64,000 nt of DNA, from positions 28,396,001 to 28,460,000 of the forward strand of contig CM022670.1 in NCBI GenBank assembly GCA_012295275.1. Direction: 5' to 3'. Under the pieces are notes generated by a model that was given only the letters and a program-made list of their open reading frames with translations, was not told where the DNA came from and made no database searches. Shown piece after piece: positions 23,601 through 36,652 of the stretch. This DNA is from Chrysomallon squamiferum (Eukaryota > Animalia > Mollusca). Position 1 is the stretch's first letter, and each line of letters opens with the position of its first letter. The position numbers and the translations under genes are program-made.

Positions 23601-25772
23601 ACCTACAGTACATATACAGAATGTGTCTAATGGAATGAAGAATTTGTGAAAGATATTTAAAACTTGATTTAAAAATAGAAAAAATAAATAAAATAACAGG
23701 ATTTTTTTAAAAATACAAAAAGAATTAATAATAAGTAAAATTTATGTGTATATTTTATTCAGAAAGGTCAGAAATAAAAATTAAAAAAGTAAAATTAAGT
23801 AAAATAAAATAAAAGTATGTTCAAATTTCTAATTTCTAAGTATAAATAAATATAAATTTAATTTTAGCTAAAAATTAAAAAATACACCTGTTGAACTGAA
23901 CATGGTAAATATAAACAAAGTTGCCAATGCTGAACAATTGGTATCCCTGTCTGCGATTTGATCTACTTGAGGAATTAATTAGAATTTCACTACATTAATT
24001 AGTTGTGTGTGTGTCTGTGTGTGTGTGTGTCTATGTGTGTGTGCTTTGTGTTTTAGTTTTGAAAAAGTGCAAAAGTTTGAAAAAAGAATCAAGATGTATT
24101 GTTTCTTTGATACAAATGTTTGAACTGACAATAAGCTAAAAGTGTGTTAACAGTAATGAAAAGAATCACACTGATGTACAGATGGATGGCTGTATTTATA
24201 AACATTCAGTAAACCACTTTCAGTCTTACTGCTAAGTTCAGTAAACAACAAAACTTGTAAGCAGACTCATAATGTTTATTTATTACTACTGGTATATAAA
24301 CATTGTTCTTTAATATGTATTTTATTATCAATAAAGTATATACATAAATAACATTTATGTTACTGGTATATAAATGTTATCTTTAAGTAGTTTATTATCA
24401 ATAAATTATAAAGTGTATAAATACATAATATTTATATAATAATTATTTTTAGTCAAGATTTATAAAGTTTAAATAACAATTTTTATTACTCTGCTGTAAC
24501 AACGGTTTTTCTGCAACACCCCCATCCTACATAAATATTTCAAAGGTCAGAAGGATTTAGATGAGGTTAATCCTGTAATAGACAAACCTCCATAAGGTTA
24601 ATCCCTTGATTCACTCAACACAGGTATGTGTTTTCTGATTTATAATGTTACAATTTTTTTCCCACAGTTTTTTTTTTTGTAAGCTGAACCAACCAATCCC
24701 TACCATATGATCAAAATATAATAGAAGTTTTTTAGACTTACAATTTTGCAAATTGTGTCTATTTGAGAATTTTCAAACTTTAAATGTTATTATTATACTA
24801 AATATATATATATATATATATAAAATAATGAAAATATTTACAAATTATTATACCTATCAGTTTACTTTATTTATATAAAATATTCTGTTTTTTTTTAGAT
24901 CTTTATCAATAAAAATAAAAATAAAAGCCTTAAGTACCATTCACACTAGTACCTCACACTAGTATCTGACACGAAGACCTTTAAAACAAATTTATTTTAC
25001 AAGTCACAATGTCACACCCTCATTAACACACACACATTACAGGTAAACAAAGACTAAATCTACACACAACACCTGTACGACTGGTCAAACTAAATGGACA
25101 AGTCAAGTGATTTAGTAGGTGATACACATGACCTTTCACCTAGTGGTAAATGTGAGGGTAAACAAGTGGTCACTGTGGTCAAATCAGGTGGGTGCTGTCC
25201 AGATAAAAGCACTTCACCCTGTCAAAGCAGGGACATGGAATAAGTTGTTAAAAGTGACCGATATAAAACATCTGTGATTGGTCAGATGGAAAGTGGATGT
25301 TATGATGAAGCTGACCCAGGCCAGGGATATGTTTAGATATTATTTATATATTAATTAGTTGTTGTTGTAAACAACACTGTTATGATGCCAAACATGAAAG
25401 TAAATATTTAGGTTTCTACTGCTACAACTACTACATCCATACACACTATTCTCTTTACATATGTACAACATTTCTTTACCTGTGTCTGTTTTGATCTATA
25501 ACTACACATTTTTGAATGTATCTATCAATATTTTTACAATATTTACCTGTTTGACTACAATTCTAGCCATATCCTCACAATATCTCTATATTTACAAATA
25601 CCAAAGAAAAAATAAATACAGATGCACACACACACAAAATAAAACCCCAAAAATTGAATATTCATTTACCTATAAAAGATTAATTTAAAAATTCACTCAC
25701 CTTCATACATCTGAGCATACTGAGGAAACCCTGCTGCTCGTAGCCATTTGCAGGCTTCTACTGCCTCTATTT
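1491..25772 (-). CDS. DLC1: DLC1/STARD13-family Rho GTPase-activating protein (RhoGAP7-like, SAM-RhoGAP-START), 14 core coding exons joined
   Basis: Exons: 25701-25772, 22241-22322, 12029-12089, 7728-9344, 6575-6827, 5851-6272, 5339-5464, 4835-4965, 4239-4433, 3926-4072, 3440-3603, 2435-2560, 1920-2096, 1491-1605. All are GT-AG with matching phases except a 1-nt deficit in the large exon. Family motifs: IEAxEACKWLRAAGFPQYAQMYED, HKPGSFPK, RLSMYDNL, RERRDSGVGSSLTR, RWHSFQ, GIFRKSG, DVADLLKQYFRELPE, MTASNLAVCFAPSLF, GRSPEWYNKSYG. The invertebrate gene is presumably co-orthologous to vertebrate DLC1/STARD13/STARD8. Confidence 0.95.
1920..2096 (-). CDS. DLC1: START domain exon
   Basis: gtgcag|G TAC TGG AGA ... 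ACA AG|gtaaag, 177 nt. Encodes YWRTDLVKGACAMISASVDH...EPCGSGKTRITHLTRTDT. Confidence 0.93.
2435..2560 (-). CDS. DLC1: START domain exon (not in ORF track)
   Basis: ttacag|A CAA GTT TGG ... CTG AG|gtaagt, 126 nt. Encodes QVWDEDLLNWSVVVQLDQHTDVFQYTINSMAPHPTRHYCIL. Confidence 0.93.
2563..3135. repeat. 58-bp minisatellite, about 10 copies, intronic
   Basis: gtaacagaaataggaagctactggaaacac recurs at 2591, 2649, 2707, 2765, 2823, 2881, 2939 and 2997, then degenerates. Confidence 0.95.
3440..3603 (-). CDS. DLC1: START domain exon
   Basis: cttcag|GAG TCA ... GAG AG|gtacga, 164 nt. Encodes ESHEKNRGW...PLREWKCCVEVEAPPVEVLNRILHE. Confidence 0.92.
3926..4072 (-). CDS. DLC1: GAP-START junction exon
   Basis: actcag|ATT CCA ... 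CTC AAG|gtaaaa, 147 nt, phase 0/0. Encodes IPSWVFSKMP...YGEECIQTLLK. Confidence 0.9.
4239..4433 (-). CDS. DLC1: RhoGAP domain C-terminal exon
   Basis: gttcag|ATG ACT ... TTT ATG|gtgagt, 195 nt. Encodes MTASNLAVCFAPSLF...AAHECLTFMITESKKIFM. Confidence 0.94.
4835..4965 (-). CDS. DLC1: RhoGAP domain exon (not in ORF track)
   Basis: tgctag|AT GTT CCA ... CAT CAG|gtcagt, 131 nt. Encodes VPVGLRLEAIQATIVLLPDENRETLQSLLLFLSDISQHSSEHQ. Confidence 0.92.
5339..5464 (-). CDS. DLC1: RhoGAP domain exon
   Basis: tttcag|AA GAA GTA ... ACT C|gtacgt, 126 nt. Encodes EVDFEELQAYDVADLLKQYFRELPECLLTNKLSETFITIFT. Confidence 0.93.
5505..5715. repeat. Compound trinucleotide-type repeat (AGT/AAC/AAT/ACT), intronic
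   Basis: agtaacaatactagt-like units. Explains the three spurious ORFs here. Confidence 0.9.
5851..6272 (-). CDS. DLC1: RhoGAP domain N-terminal exon with arginine finger
   Basis: ctccag|T GAC AGA ... CCA G|gtaact, 422 nt. Encodes RIRWHSFQK...LLKLTAIMEKY...VFGVPL...GIFRKSGVRSRIQKLR. Confidence 0.95.
6575..6827 (-). CDS. DLC1: Linker exon ending in RERRDSGVGSSLTR
   Basis: tcttag|TT ATA TCT ... TCC AG|gtaatt, 253 nt, phase 1 in and 2 out. Carries the conserved DLC-family RRDSGVG motif. Confidence 0.9.
7728..9344 (-). CDS. DLC1: Large Ser/Pro-rich linker exon with apparent 1-nt frameshift near 7976-7979
   Basis: tttcag|AAC GAG ... AGT G|gtaagt. ORFs 7974-9392 and 7717-7977 abut in different frames. 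The length of 1617 is 1 nt short of the required phase. Motifs: CALSSRWEFQ..IQRWSR, HKPGSFPK, NYRTGSF, RLSMYDNL, ELDAILHQL. Confidence 0.88.
8605..8755 (-). repeat. 27-bp coding tandem repeat encoding PVVP(V/M)SPK(S/T)
   Basis: Translation PVTPNS PVVPVSPKS PVVPVSPKS PVVPMSPKT PVVPMSPKS PVVTEFPK. Confidence 0.9.
11619..11662. repeat. (AC)n microsatellite
   Basis: Direct observation. Confidence 0.9.
12029..12089 (-). CDS. DLC1: SAM domain exon 3 (61 nt)
   Basis: ccacag|G AGA CTC ... AAA ACA|gtaagt. Encodes RLNTLNRCTALKIEAQPRKT, phase 2 in and 0 out. Confidence 0.92.
14233..14672. repeat. 78-bp minisatellite, about 6 partly truncated copies
   Basis: tagcaaactttctgtgtgaaacctgtacctccagcaatc... 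starts at 14233, 14311 and 14389. Later units are shortened. Confidence 0.93.
20350..20875. repeat. Microsatellite cluster (AGT)n/(AAT)n/(GT)n/(GAGT)n/(GA)n
   Basis: Direct observation. Confidence 0.9.
22241..22322 (-). CDS. DLC1: SAM domain exon 2 (82 nt)
   Basis: tttcag|AT GGT CAG ... TTC AG|gtaaga. Encodes GQFPIDISVVEKDHDFLDRDSIQSLF. Confidence 0.94.
25701..25772 (-). CDS. DLC1: SAM domain exon 1 (72 nt; not in ORF track)
   Basis: tttcag|AA ATA GAG ... GAA G|gtgagt. Encodes IEAVEACKWLRAAGFPQYAQMYE and needs a phase-1 upstream donor. Confidence 0.94.
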
Positions 25773-27869
25773 CTGAAAAACAATATTAAAAATAAATTAA
25801 ATCTACAATCATTAGCATCAGCATTTCAGACTAAACTGTAATAAAGCATGCAGAATTAAAATAAATAATATAGATGTTCACTCTGCACCAAGATATCACA
25901 ATTAAAACAAATGATGAAAACATTCGTAGTAAATTTTCTATCTCATGAAGATCTCAGAATAAAAATAAATAATGACACTGGTAGCATTAAATTTTGATAT
26001 AACACAAAAGATATCAAAATCAAAATACGTAATGATGCTGATGTAGTATATTCTGGTATTGCAGATGCAGTAAAAGTCTGTATGACACACCAATCATGTT
26101 ACAAACAGAGGATTACATCGTCACTGCGTCAACTTTGTTACATCACTGAGAGAAAACCTGCTTAATCGGGTAGCTGTGTGATTAGTCATGTTCCTTGCTT
26201 TGTCTTCAGTTTTCTCTCACAAAACCAGCCAAAACCAGCCATAACAAAAACAAAACAAAACAAAAAGAGTTAGTCAGCTTCAGCGTGTATAGGCTGACAA
26301 TAGACTATGATCGGCCATAGTGAACAAAACAAAAGGTATCGACATAAAATACTCTGTGTGTACCAGCAGATTTTCACTTGTTTCCTTGTTTAGCTACCAA
26401 GAGCTTGTTTCAGCTGAACACCAAAAGATTCATAATTCATGTTTTGCAATGTAAATGAGGTTGATAATATAATTCATGCATATTAGTAACATAAATAAAT
26501 ACTATTTATGTTTTATAATGTATATAAACATGATAATTCATGTGTTTTACAGAATACATGAGCTTGATAATAAAACTGAGGTGTGTTTTACAACCAGATA
26601 ATACGACAATGGATTCATAGACCTGGGTAATTTCTTTCTGTATTTCAGGTGACATTGAAAAGTGTTGCTGAGGCAAACAAAAAGATAAAGTGACAAATGT
26701 TAAATGAGTGAATAGTTATGACTTGTGTGTTTCTAGAGGAAATGAAAGAGATTAAAAAATGTGTATGTTTGTGGCATTTAGTTTTTATTGTATAATTGTT
26801 TTTTCTCTCCTGATTTTTGTAAAATTAAAAAAAAAAAAAAAAAAAAAAATATAAAAAACAACCTCCAATATATCTTCAAGATAAACTAAATAAAAAGATA
26901 AAAATATTAACAGATTTTTTTAAAATGATAATCCTGCTAATTTTTTATTTAATATATTAATACTACTTCATTTTTCAAAGTCTAGACATGTGTATATGTG
27001 ATTTTGCATACTCTTTTATCTCTCTCTCTCTCACACACACACACACATACACAAAATTAGAATAACACTCAGCCAATAAGGACAATTTCATAAAAGATAC
27101 AAACCTCAAGAAATTCCACACACACACGTACTATACAAAATATACCACATGAATGAAGTATACAAAATAACCCACACCTGCATGCTACACAAAACAGCCT
27201 ACAAGAAAGGTCCAAGCATTAATGACTGGTGATATATAAAACATCATCTGTTTAATAACCTGATCAGTTTGAACATTGATCAGGGGTTGACGTGGTAATA
27301 AACACTCACAGGTATCACTATTAAACACACAGAGATACCATTATTAACCTCGTACACACGTACATGTGCTGATAGCAACAGCTCAGGTCTTCACAACAAA
27401 CCGAGATAGCAGGGGCATGGACCACACTACTCCACCCTTTAGCTTAATCTAGAGAGTCTAAAAAGGCTGGCTTTATGTTAAATAAAATGTTCTCTTTTTA
27501 TTCTCCACAGGCAAGTGTGGTACCAGCTGACACCATGATATGACACTCCAACAAAATAGCCACAACTAAGCTGAGAGATATTATTTCTTTTTTTTTTCAA
27601 AGTTTTATTGATAGTTCAATATGGCTTAGTGCTGAGTATAATAAGTGCTGCTGTACTGAAAGTACACTGACAAATTAAAAAGGAATATTTTTTTTTCAGC
27701 CTTTGAAATCAGTCAATATGATGAAAACACAAAGATTCCATAGTACAAAAAATAAAATAAAAAAATAATGTTTATGTTACCCAGTTGTAATATATATTTA
27801 ATTTAATATGTAACAGAAGTATATGCATGAATGATAAAATACTGTTTGTGTATACATATATACATGCAT

Positions 27870-27970
<101 letters not shown>

Positions 27971-28398
27971 ACTATTTCTTATATATATATATATATAAAT
28001 ACATAAAAATATAAAAAACTATTCTCAAAACTATTCTCTGTACTATTATAAGATTTATTTATTTATTTCAATGCAAGAAGCATTTTAATTTTCAGAAACT
28101 CTCTATTATATCAGTGTTAAAATAAAGAATAAAACTGATGAAAAGTTTAAATTCGAAGAACGACACAGGTTCCACCCAGCAACACTATTAATAGACAAGA
28201 AAGATTAAAATAACTGTCAAGATTTACACACAGATAGTGTGATTAATTTACAAAATATTCACACATGAGGAAATTTAAAGGTTTCACAAACAGGAAACAT
28301 GAACCAAACCTAAAGCAATATTTCACCAGACTTCCTATTTATTGTTGCTTTAATGTAAGTCTTCACTAACTGTCATGTGTGTGTGTGTGTGTGTGTGT

Positions 28399-28605
28399 GT
28401 AGTTTAGTGGTTAAGACACTTGCTTGGGATATGACTGGTTGTTGGTTCAGTTCTTACTGGTGCTCCCTTTGGGTTTTTCCAAGTGTCTTGTTATTTCTAC
28501 TTTACTGCTTATTTAGATTTTTTATTATACTCTTATTTTCCCATCTATGAGAAGGTGCATATACAAGATCCTTGCTGCTAATCTATAACTGTAGTTTATG
28601 GAGCA
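28399..28605 (+). mobile_element. Degenerate tRNA-derived SINE fragment
   Basis: A-box-like tagtttagtgg and B-box-like ggttcagttc, followed by core ggtgcatatacaagatccttgctgctaatc. This resembles MetaSINE-type cores (from memory, not searched). Confidence 0.55.
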
Positions 28606-29841
28606 ACTATATAATTATATAAAGTTTGTAACACTAAAATATAAAATAGTTTGATGTATTTCTAAATTACTAAATATCAGTAACAAAACTGTTCACTATC
28701 ATTGTTTATTTCATCTGTGTACTAACTATTTCAGTTAGTGTAATAATAATGATAATATCAGTAACATCAAATATTACACATCTGGTACAAATGACCACAC
28801 CTATACATTATTAACTTATTATTTAAATAATATACATCATTACTTGTCATTTAAAAATATTATACAGTTCATCTGAAATGATGAAAAGATAAAAATGTTA
28901 TCATTTATTAATTACTGTTAATTCTTACAAATTACTTTTTTTTATAAATTTAATTTATGACTGGATTTATATATTCAGAAACATTAGGAAGATTTTTTAT
29001 TTCTTATTATTTCTATTCTGTTTTATTTTATTATTTATTTTATTAGTTTTATATTTTATTTATTATTAATTTTAGTTTACAAGACCCACATAACCCTTTA
29101 ACTTGTTCTGGATGCTATTATTATTATTAATTCCTCATTAATTTATTTATTTATTAGTGTTTAATTACCTTTCATCTTAATAATCATTAATCATAATTAA
29201 AACATATGAACACTCTTTCACTGTATTTAGGTCACATTAAAAAACCACACTTTCTGCTAATGTAGGTCATATCCCACTACACATTTAATTATTCAGAGGA
29301 AATAAACATAGAGGAACTTTTTAAAAATAGTTTTTTTTAAAGTTATAAAATAATTCATTAATAATTAATTTCCTGCATATTTTGAAAATATTAAACTGCT
29401 GACTGAGACCATCAGCACTTTCAAACAGTATTCTAAATAAATAAATAAATAAATAAATATATATATATATATATATACATATACACAAAGAAAGATATCA
29501 CAACTTTAATAATGTGATGACAGCTATGCAGTTTGGACAGACAATTACTTATATTACTGAATAAAAAAATAAGCCAAACAAAAATTACAATGTAAGGTAA
29601 TAGAAAGAAATGAATAAATAAATTAATAAATGTTTGAGAATTTCAGCTAAAAAATATATCGACTATTATAAAGTATAATGCAGAGATAAACATGTTCATG
29701 AAAAAAATCTGTCTATAATTTAAATTAAAACATAGAATGTATTACTGTACTTTAAATAAAAATAATTAATAATAAATAATAATAATAAAATTAAAGGAAA
29801 TAAAATAAAGGAAATAAAGAATAAATAAATAGAAAACTATT

Positions 29842-29883
<42 letters not shown>

Positions 29884-30943
29884 TATAAAGACTGAAAAAA
29901 ACAACAATTAAAATGATAACAACCTTCACATATGTTAAATGAACTAGAAAACATACCACTTGAAATGTTCTATGACCATGACATATCTGAATTAATCAAC
30001 AGATACGTACATAAAAAATAAAATAAAAATAAAAATGTCATATCATATATCCTTTTCATCTATAAACCCTCTATGCTATTCAGGTAAGCAGCAGGTATTT
30101 TATTTACTCACAAAAAACAAATTCCACCTGTACTTTCACACGACATCCAACGCCAGCACTGCTCAATGTATCAAATAACTCAAGTATGTACAAACCTATT
30201 CAGTTTGTTTAGAGATCATACAGAAATCATCTAAGTACACACATCCAGTGACTATGACAACAAGGCTTGCTTTTTTTCTCTTTTCATTGTTCCTGCATAT
30301 TGTTTTTATAATTTTTTCTTTTCCTATTCATTTTTCTTTTCTATTTTTCTTAATTCAGCTGTATCAGCAAATTGAAAAAAAAAAAATGTAGATCCAGATT
30401 TGTTATCAGTTAATCCTAAACTAGTCAGAAGATAAGTAAATTTGGTGAAATAAAATGTAACCAGATATGTGAAATAACTGTCATGCTTCAACCCTAATCC
30501 TTGTACAGTGATTCAGAACACATCTCTCTGCAATATCATCACCCTGAGCATGTTTTTATGTATCTTGACCTCTTAGAACAACAGTGTTTAAATAACAGTG
30601 TTTAAATAAAAACAATGTCACAAGTTAATTTCAACCTCCAACCATGTAAAAATATCTGTTACTTTAATAATGCTTAATAACAGTTAATGTTTAATAAATA
30701 TAATATATACCATTTGACCCCACCCCATATTAAAATAATAATAAAATCTGCTTGATTACAATGCATGTAAAATAGTAGCTGTGTAGATTGTCCCCAGTAT
30801 TAAGAATCTTTCTGAGCTACTCTTAACGTGCCATGGTGCAACAAGGTCTAGAGAGAGTTGTTTGTTGTGTTATTAGAAATGAATATTTCAGTATATACCC
30901 AAATTCTAACAGAATAATAAAATAAAATATAAATAAAATAAAA

Positions 30944-30978
<35 letters not shown>

Positions 30979-32914
30979 AAAATGTATAATGCAATTAAGA
31001 ATAAAATAAACAGAACAAAATGAAAACAATAAATGACATAAGTTGTATCAAATTAATTCTTATGAAAATTGAAATAAAACAATATACTAAATTCATTTTA
31101 GAATTTACATCTTGTAAATAAAAAGACTGTTTCTAAGCTAATAAACAATGGTGACACCAAATGCCCATATACCATACCACCTTACCTGTAACACACCTTA
31201 CAAATAACAAGTAGCAAAGACACTAAACACATACTTGGGCAGCTGTCCAAAATGGCCACATCTATCAACACATGGTGTATTAAACAGTGTATTTCACACT
31301 ATAGAAATCACACCATGGTGGTAATTATTACAGTTATAATGACGTGACAGGTCAGGTATGGAAATATCTCCACTGTTTTGGGGCTAAGTGTGTTGGGTAT
31401 TGAGGTATTTAGCATTTCAATTAACAGATGTCTTGTGTGTGGGTAACCTGATAGTTACACTTTGACATCACTTCAATATCACTGCTGTTGTATTGGAACA
31501 ACCTTACACTGTACTTTTTTCTCTCGTCTGTTTTAAACATTATAATAACATTTTCTCTTACAGGGTAATTTCTTTTTTAATTGATTAATTTAAAAAGAAA
31601 AATATTAATTTCTTTTAAACAATATTTTTATCTAATTTTTATTATTTTTTGCAAGATGAGTATGTTGAGAAACTTGTTTTTTTCTTTCCTTTAATTAATT
31701 TATTACTTTAAATGTGTATATCTAAAACAGTCTATTAAAAGATACAATATAAATAAAATTAAGGGGGAAAAAATCCTTACAAATTAAATATTCTATTAAA
31801 AGACACTAGGATAAATAAAATATATTCAGATCAAATAAATGTCACATGTGTCTTAGTTTCATGAAATTCTAAGTGAACAGGTTTCAATAAACTTTCAGTC
31901 AGCAACAAGGACTAACATAAGTGAAATTTTTTTTTTAAATAAAACTTGTTTATTATTTCATTTGCATTTTGTAAACAGACTGCTTTCAACAAATGTTATG
32001 TAGATTATTTTTTTTTTTTGTGCTGGTGTGTTTGAATGTTGGCTGAGAGGAATGTTTTGGCAAGAGCAGAATGGATTTTGTCACAAGTCAGTGCAACAAA
32101 AGAAAACAATTATTTTCACATTTAGAGAATTATGCTTACACAGTAAATTTTACAGGAAAAAGGCTTGTAATAGAACTGAATATTTTTAGATATTTCATCA
32201 CTTTAAAATAATGTAAGAGCCCATAGTTGGAAAACAGGAACAATTACCTAAACTGAATATTCAAAAGTATCTTTAAAACAAAAATAATAAATAATAAAAA
32301 TAGTAATAATCAATCTGGTTATTTTTAACACTACAATTTCACCTTTGGTAATTTATAATGAAAGCTCCCTCTGTCTGTCTTGTACACGCAAATACACACG
32401 TACTCACACAGAATTTTACATACAATTCAACGACAGCTGTTTCTGTTGTCTACAAGTATTGATTATGAGATATCTGTGACACGTACATACAGCTGATACT
32501 GGGGTAGTATACAGCAGTGTGAACTCTTATCATTACAGACGGTGGTATCAGTCTGAATGTGGATAATCCATGTCCTTAATCCATGTCATGTGTGCCCTAT
32601 GTGATTGAATTATTGGCATGTCGCATATGTGCTGAAACCAAGATTTAAAAAAAATGACTGTTACTACCACCACCACTACAATGACTACTACTATTGGAAC
32701 TGCTGCTCCTGCTACTACTACTTCTACTGCTGTTATAATTACTATTAATAATAACAATGATGATGACCTGTTTTTACATTAAAGAAAATGTATCATACAA
32801 CAGTCTCCTGTTTAGACATAATCTCACCGGTTTGCTGTCCCTGAACTAGTAAGACCTGATACTAAACAGAAATCTTTCTCTTCATTCAGACTAGTTTTAT
32901 TCCGTAAATGTAAC

Positions 32915-33135
32915 CCACTTGCAGAGAGCACACTTTAAAGCTAAAGCACAATGCCATGGGATCAATCCTTACTCTGAATACTCTCTGGCCTATCCTGTTT
33001 CCCCATTCCAATCACTGACCCGAGACAGGCTTACCACAAAAAAAAAGTAATGACATCTGCGTTTTTGCTGTCAAAAGATGTGTTGTTGCTAAATGGTAAG
33101 AAAAACTCATGGCTGGTGGCAACAATTGTTTACTG
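32915..33135 (+). mobile_element. Highly degenerate SINE relic
   Basis: B-box-like gggatcaatcct, then ccccattccaatcactg and aaaagatgtgttgttgctaaatgg similar to the core at 28.5 kb. Confidence 0.35.
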
Positions 33136-33789
33136 CGACATCATCATTATGAATCAGATTTCTGTCTGCCACTTAATAGCACCAGTGTAATCTGCAAGGG
33201 TCTTGTGTATCGACTATCAGTTCTGTTCACCAATCAGTTTTATGTGACAAAAACTTGATACGAAATCTAAACTGATAGTGATGCAAATCTCAAATGGACC
33301 TACAAGATAGTTTTCTACTGTTCTGAATTTGATGTTTTACTCTGAAATGTATCCAGTAATTTCAGCATTGTGACATTTTGAAATTAAAACAAATAAAATA
33401 AAAAATGCTGTGTAACTCTCTAATCAATGCTTGAATGATTGAAGTCATATTATCTAGTCTAATCAGCAAATACTATTTACATTTTGTATGTATATTCTGT
33501 TTACAGAACAAAAAAAAAATGTAGTTATATTTGATACATATTCAGTCAAAATGTATAACTGGAAAACATTAAATGTGTTTTTTTGAGCCATGATTCAGAA
33601 TAGTAATGTGCTATTTAAAGTGTTTGCAGAGCTAATATTTAAAATAGGAAATACAATTTAAATTTAAACTGCAAATTCAAAATTGAGATTTTGGAAAATA
33701 TATGTTTATATAAACATGTTATGTTGGCTGGTATTTTGAGCATTATTTTATGTTGATATAGTAAAGTAAATAACTTTTTAACGCCAAAA

Positions 33790-34270
33790 ACACAGAGAAA
33801 CATATGAAACACTCAGAGACAGTGAGACACACTGAGAAATGTATGAAACACTCAGAGAAACATGAAACACTCAGAGAAACAGTGAGACACTCAGAGAAAC
33901 ATATGAAACACTCAGAGAGACATATGAAAACACTCAGAGAAACATGAAACACTCAGAGACAGTGAGACACTCAGAGAAACGTACGAAACACTCAGAGAAA
34001 TGTATGAAACATTCAGAGAAATGTATAAAACACTCAGAGAAACATATGAAACACTCAGAGAGACAGTGAGACACTCAGAGAAACGTATGAAACACTCAGA
34101 GAAACATATGAAACATTCAGAGAAATGTATAAAACACTCAGAGAAACATATGAAACACTCAGAGAGACAGTGAGACACTCAGAGAAACATATGAAACACT
34201 CAGAGAGACAGTGAGACACTCAGAGAAACTTATGAAACACTCAGAGAAACGTATGAAACATTCAGAGAGA
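33790..34270. repeat. Minisatellite of 17-21 bp units with core acactcagaga
   Basis: More than 20 copies of gaaacactcagagaaacatat / gagacactcagagacagt variants. Confidence 0.93.
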
Positions 34271-36618
34271 CACACATGGAATGAGAGAGTATAATAAAAA
34301 TCCCCAGATCATCCCAGTATTATTTAATAATTGTTTTGAAAATTTGCTAAACATGTGAATTCCAGAGAAGGCCAGTTAAAAATTATGTGTTTGGTGTTGG
34401 CTGGTGACACTCAGAACTGTAAGGCAATAAGTCTGCCAATTTGGAAAACAATATGTTCACAATAAACGTTTGCGCCATTATATAAATAAAACGTTGGCAT
34501 TTGAAACTAAAGTTAATGATAAACATGTGTAAATTAGAAAGGAGTTTTAACTGCTGTTAGGTGCAGTAATGTTAGGTTAAAATAAAATTGTTAGTTTTGA
34601 AGACAATAATAAAAAATATCTGTAATGGTTCCTTTGAAAATGGATTTTTAAAAATATATCCTGTGTTTGTACTAATTGTCATCAACAAAATGTAACAAAT
34701 AACAGCATTTAATTCACTAAAGTGTTTAAAGTGGATATTATTGGTTTGTTTCTCTTTCTCTTCTTTTTTCTTATTTTGAAACTGTTGTGTGATGAAAAAA
34801 TTTCAATGAAACATAAAATTAAGAACAAGTCACCAATAATATAAGTAGTATTAATAACTGGAGTAGCAACAGAAGTAGTAGTAGTAATAGTAGTAATCTT
34901 GTGGCTTTAAATTTGATACTTATTATGCAAATAAAAATTTAGTTAAAAACAATAATAAATCCAAGAGAAATGCCAAGGATAAAAGAATTTGAGAAATGTG
35001 TGTTTAAACTGTAATCTGAAAGAGGACAGGGTGTGGTTTACAACAAGTAGACATGATGATGAAGTCACACTCCATGTACATCAGTCACTGTGGGAGATCT
35101 CATCTTAGTTATTCTGTACATCTGTATAAGTGTATGTATCTGCATCCATCATCTTACAGGGTTATTAAGTCTGTGTTACTGTATAAAGTGCATGTGTATA
35201 TGTGTTGTACATGTGTATGTAATTATCTATGTATGTGTGTAAGCATCCACACATTTTTTTTTGTGTCTCTATCTATTTATGCATGTGTATTTGCAAATGA
35301 ATGTATATATATGTTAATCATTCCATGATTAGTTGTATCCAAGCTATTCTATAAAGCTAGTACATATATTTGTATATATGTACATGTTTACATATTAGTC
35401 ATTCCATGGGGAAGTTATCTTTTCTCTAAACACTTTGTAAGTGAGTGAGTGCATGTGTGTGTATACATCTGTCATTCAGTATGACAGTTACGTATGTTGT
35501 ATATACTCTTTATTTCATCAACTCTCAATATTATAAAGTACTATGATATATTTTCATATAGTAGTTATGTTACATATCCAATGATGTGGCTCCATGTATA
35601 GCTAAATGTATAGGTTTACATATCTCAGATGTTCCATAAAGAGGCTATATCTACAGTTATATGCATATGAATATTACAAGGTGGTTGTGTGTTACACATA
35701 AAGTTACTCCATAAAGTGTGTTTATATATATCTATATTTTTATGTATTTGTTTATATAACAGGGTGGATGTATTACATATATCCAAGTTACTTAAGGAAC
35801 TGGCAGTCTGTATAAGTTTATATCACAAGGTGCTTGTGTATTACATATCTAAGTTATTCTGTGTTTATCTGTACTGTGACTGTGTTTATTTCTAGGAATT
35901 GGGAGTGTTTCACCACATGTCATCAACTTTCATCACACAGCCTAAAGTTTTTTTTTCTAGCTACAGATTATTATCACATCAAACATGCCACACAAACAGT
36001 TCCTGTTCTGTTTTTACATCTTTTGAAATTTCAACTTTCATGATATCATGTATACCATCCATGTTAAATACACTACATTCTTATTTTATTTTTTATTTAG
36101 GTTTAAACATTATTCATTTTCCAATGTGTTACTGAAATGTTGTACCAACAATTTTTATGTTCTTTTAAAATTGTTTGATGTAGTATCTGAAAATATGTCT
36201 TAAAATAATAAAAATCTTTAACCTTTTAATATAGACCCAGTGTATTACTTATTATTATTTGTTGTTGTCATTGTTGTTATTGTTATAGTTACTATTACTG
36301 TTATTGTTATTATTATTATTATTATTATGATCAATTTATTATTTTTCTTTTGCTAAAATGAAATTTGAAGTAAAATCTACTAGTATGTCCACAGCCATTT
36401 TCATTCAATTAGTAGCAAAAAATAAAAATAAATACAAATGTTTTACATGTACCTTCCCACAGATGGGTTTTCTGTGAAAGAAATATCCTACGACCTTTCA
36501 TACCTTACATCCTTCTACCATCATCAGTTAACTTGCTGGGCTGTTACTAATATATTCATGTGACAGATTAATGTGTACATGTGGGAGGGAGGGGTCAAGA
36601 AGATGAAATGTTTTTAAA

Positions 36619-36652
<34 letters not shown>

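Noticed and set aside
1491-25772. Whole gene as a pseudogene
   Set aside because: Only one lesion in about 3.7 kb of CDS. All splice sites and the catalytic arginine motif are intact.
28399-28465. tRNA gene
   Set aside because: A and B boxes are degenerate, no cloverleaf can be built, and a SINE-like core follows.
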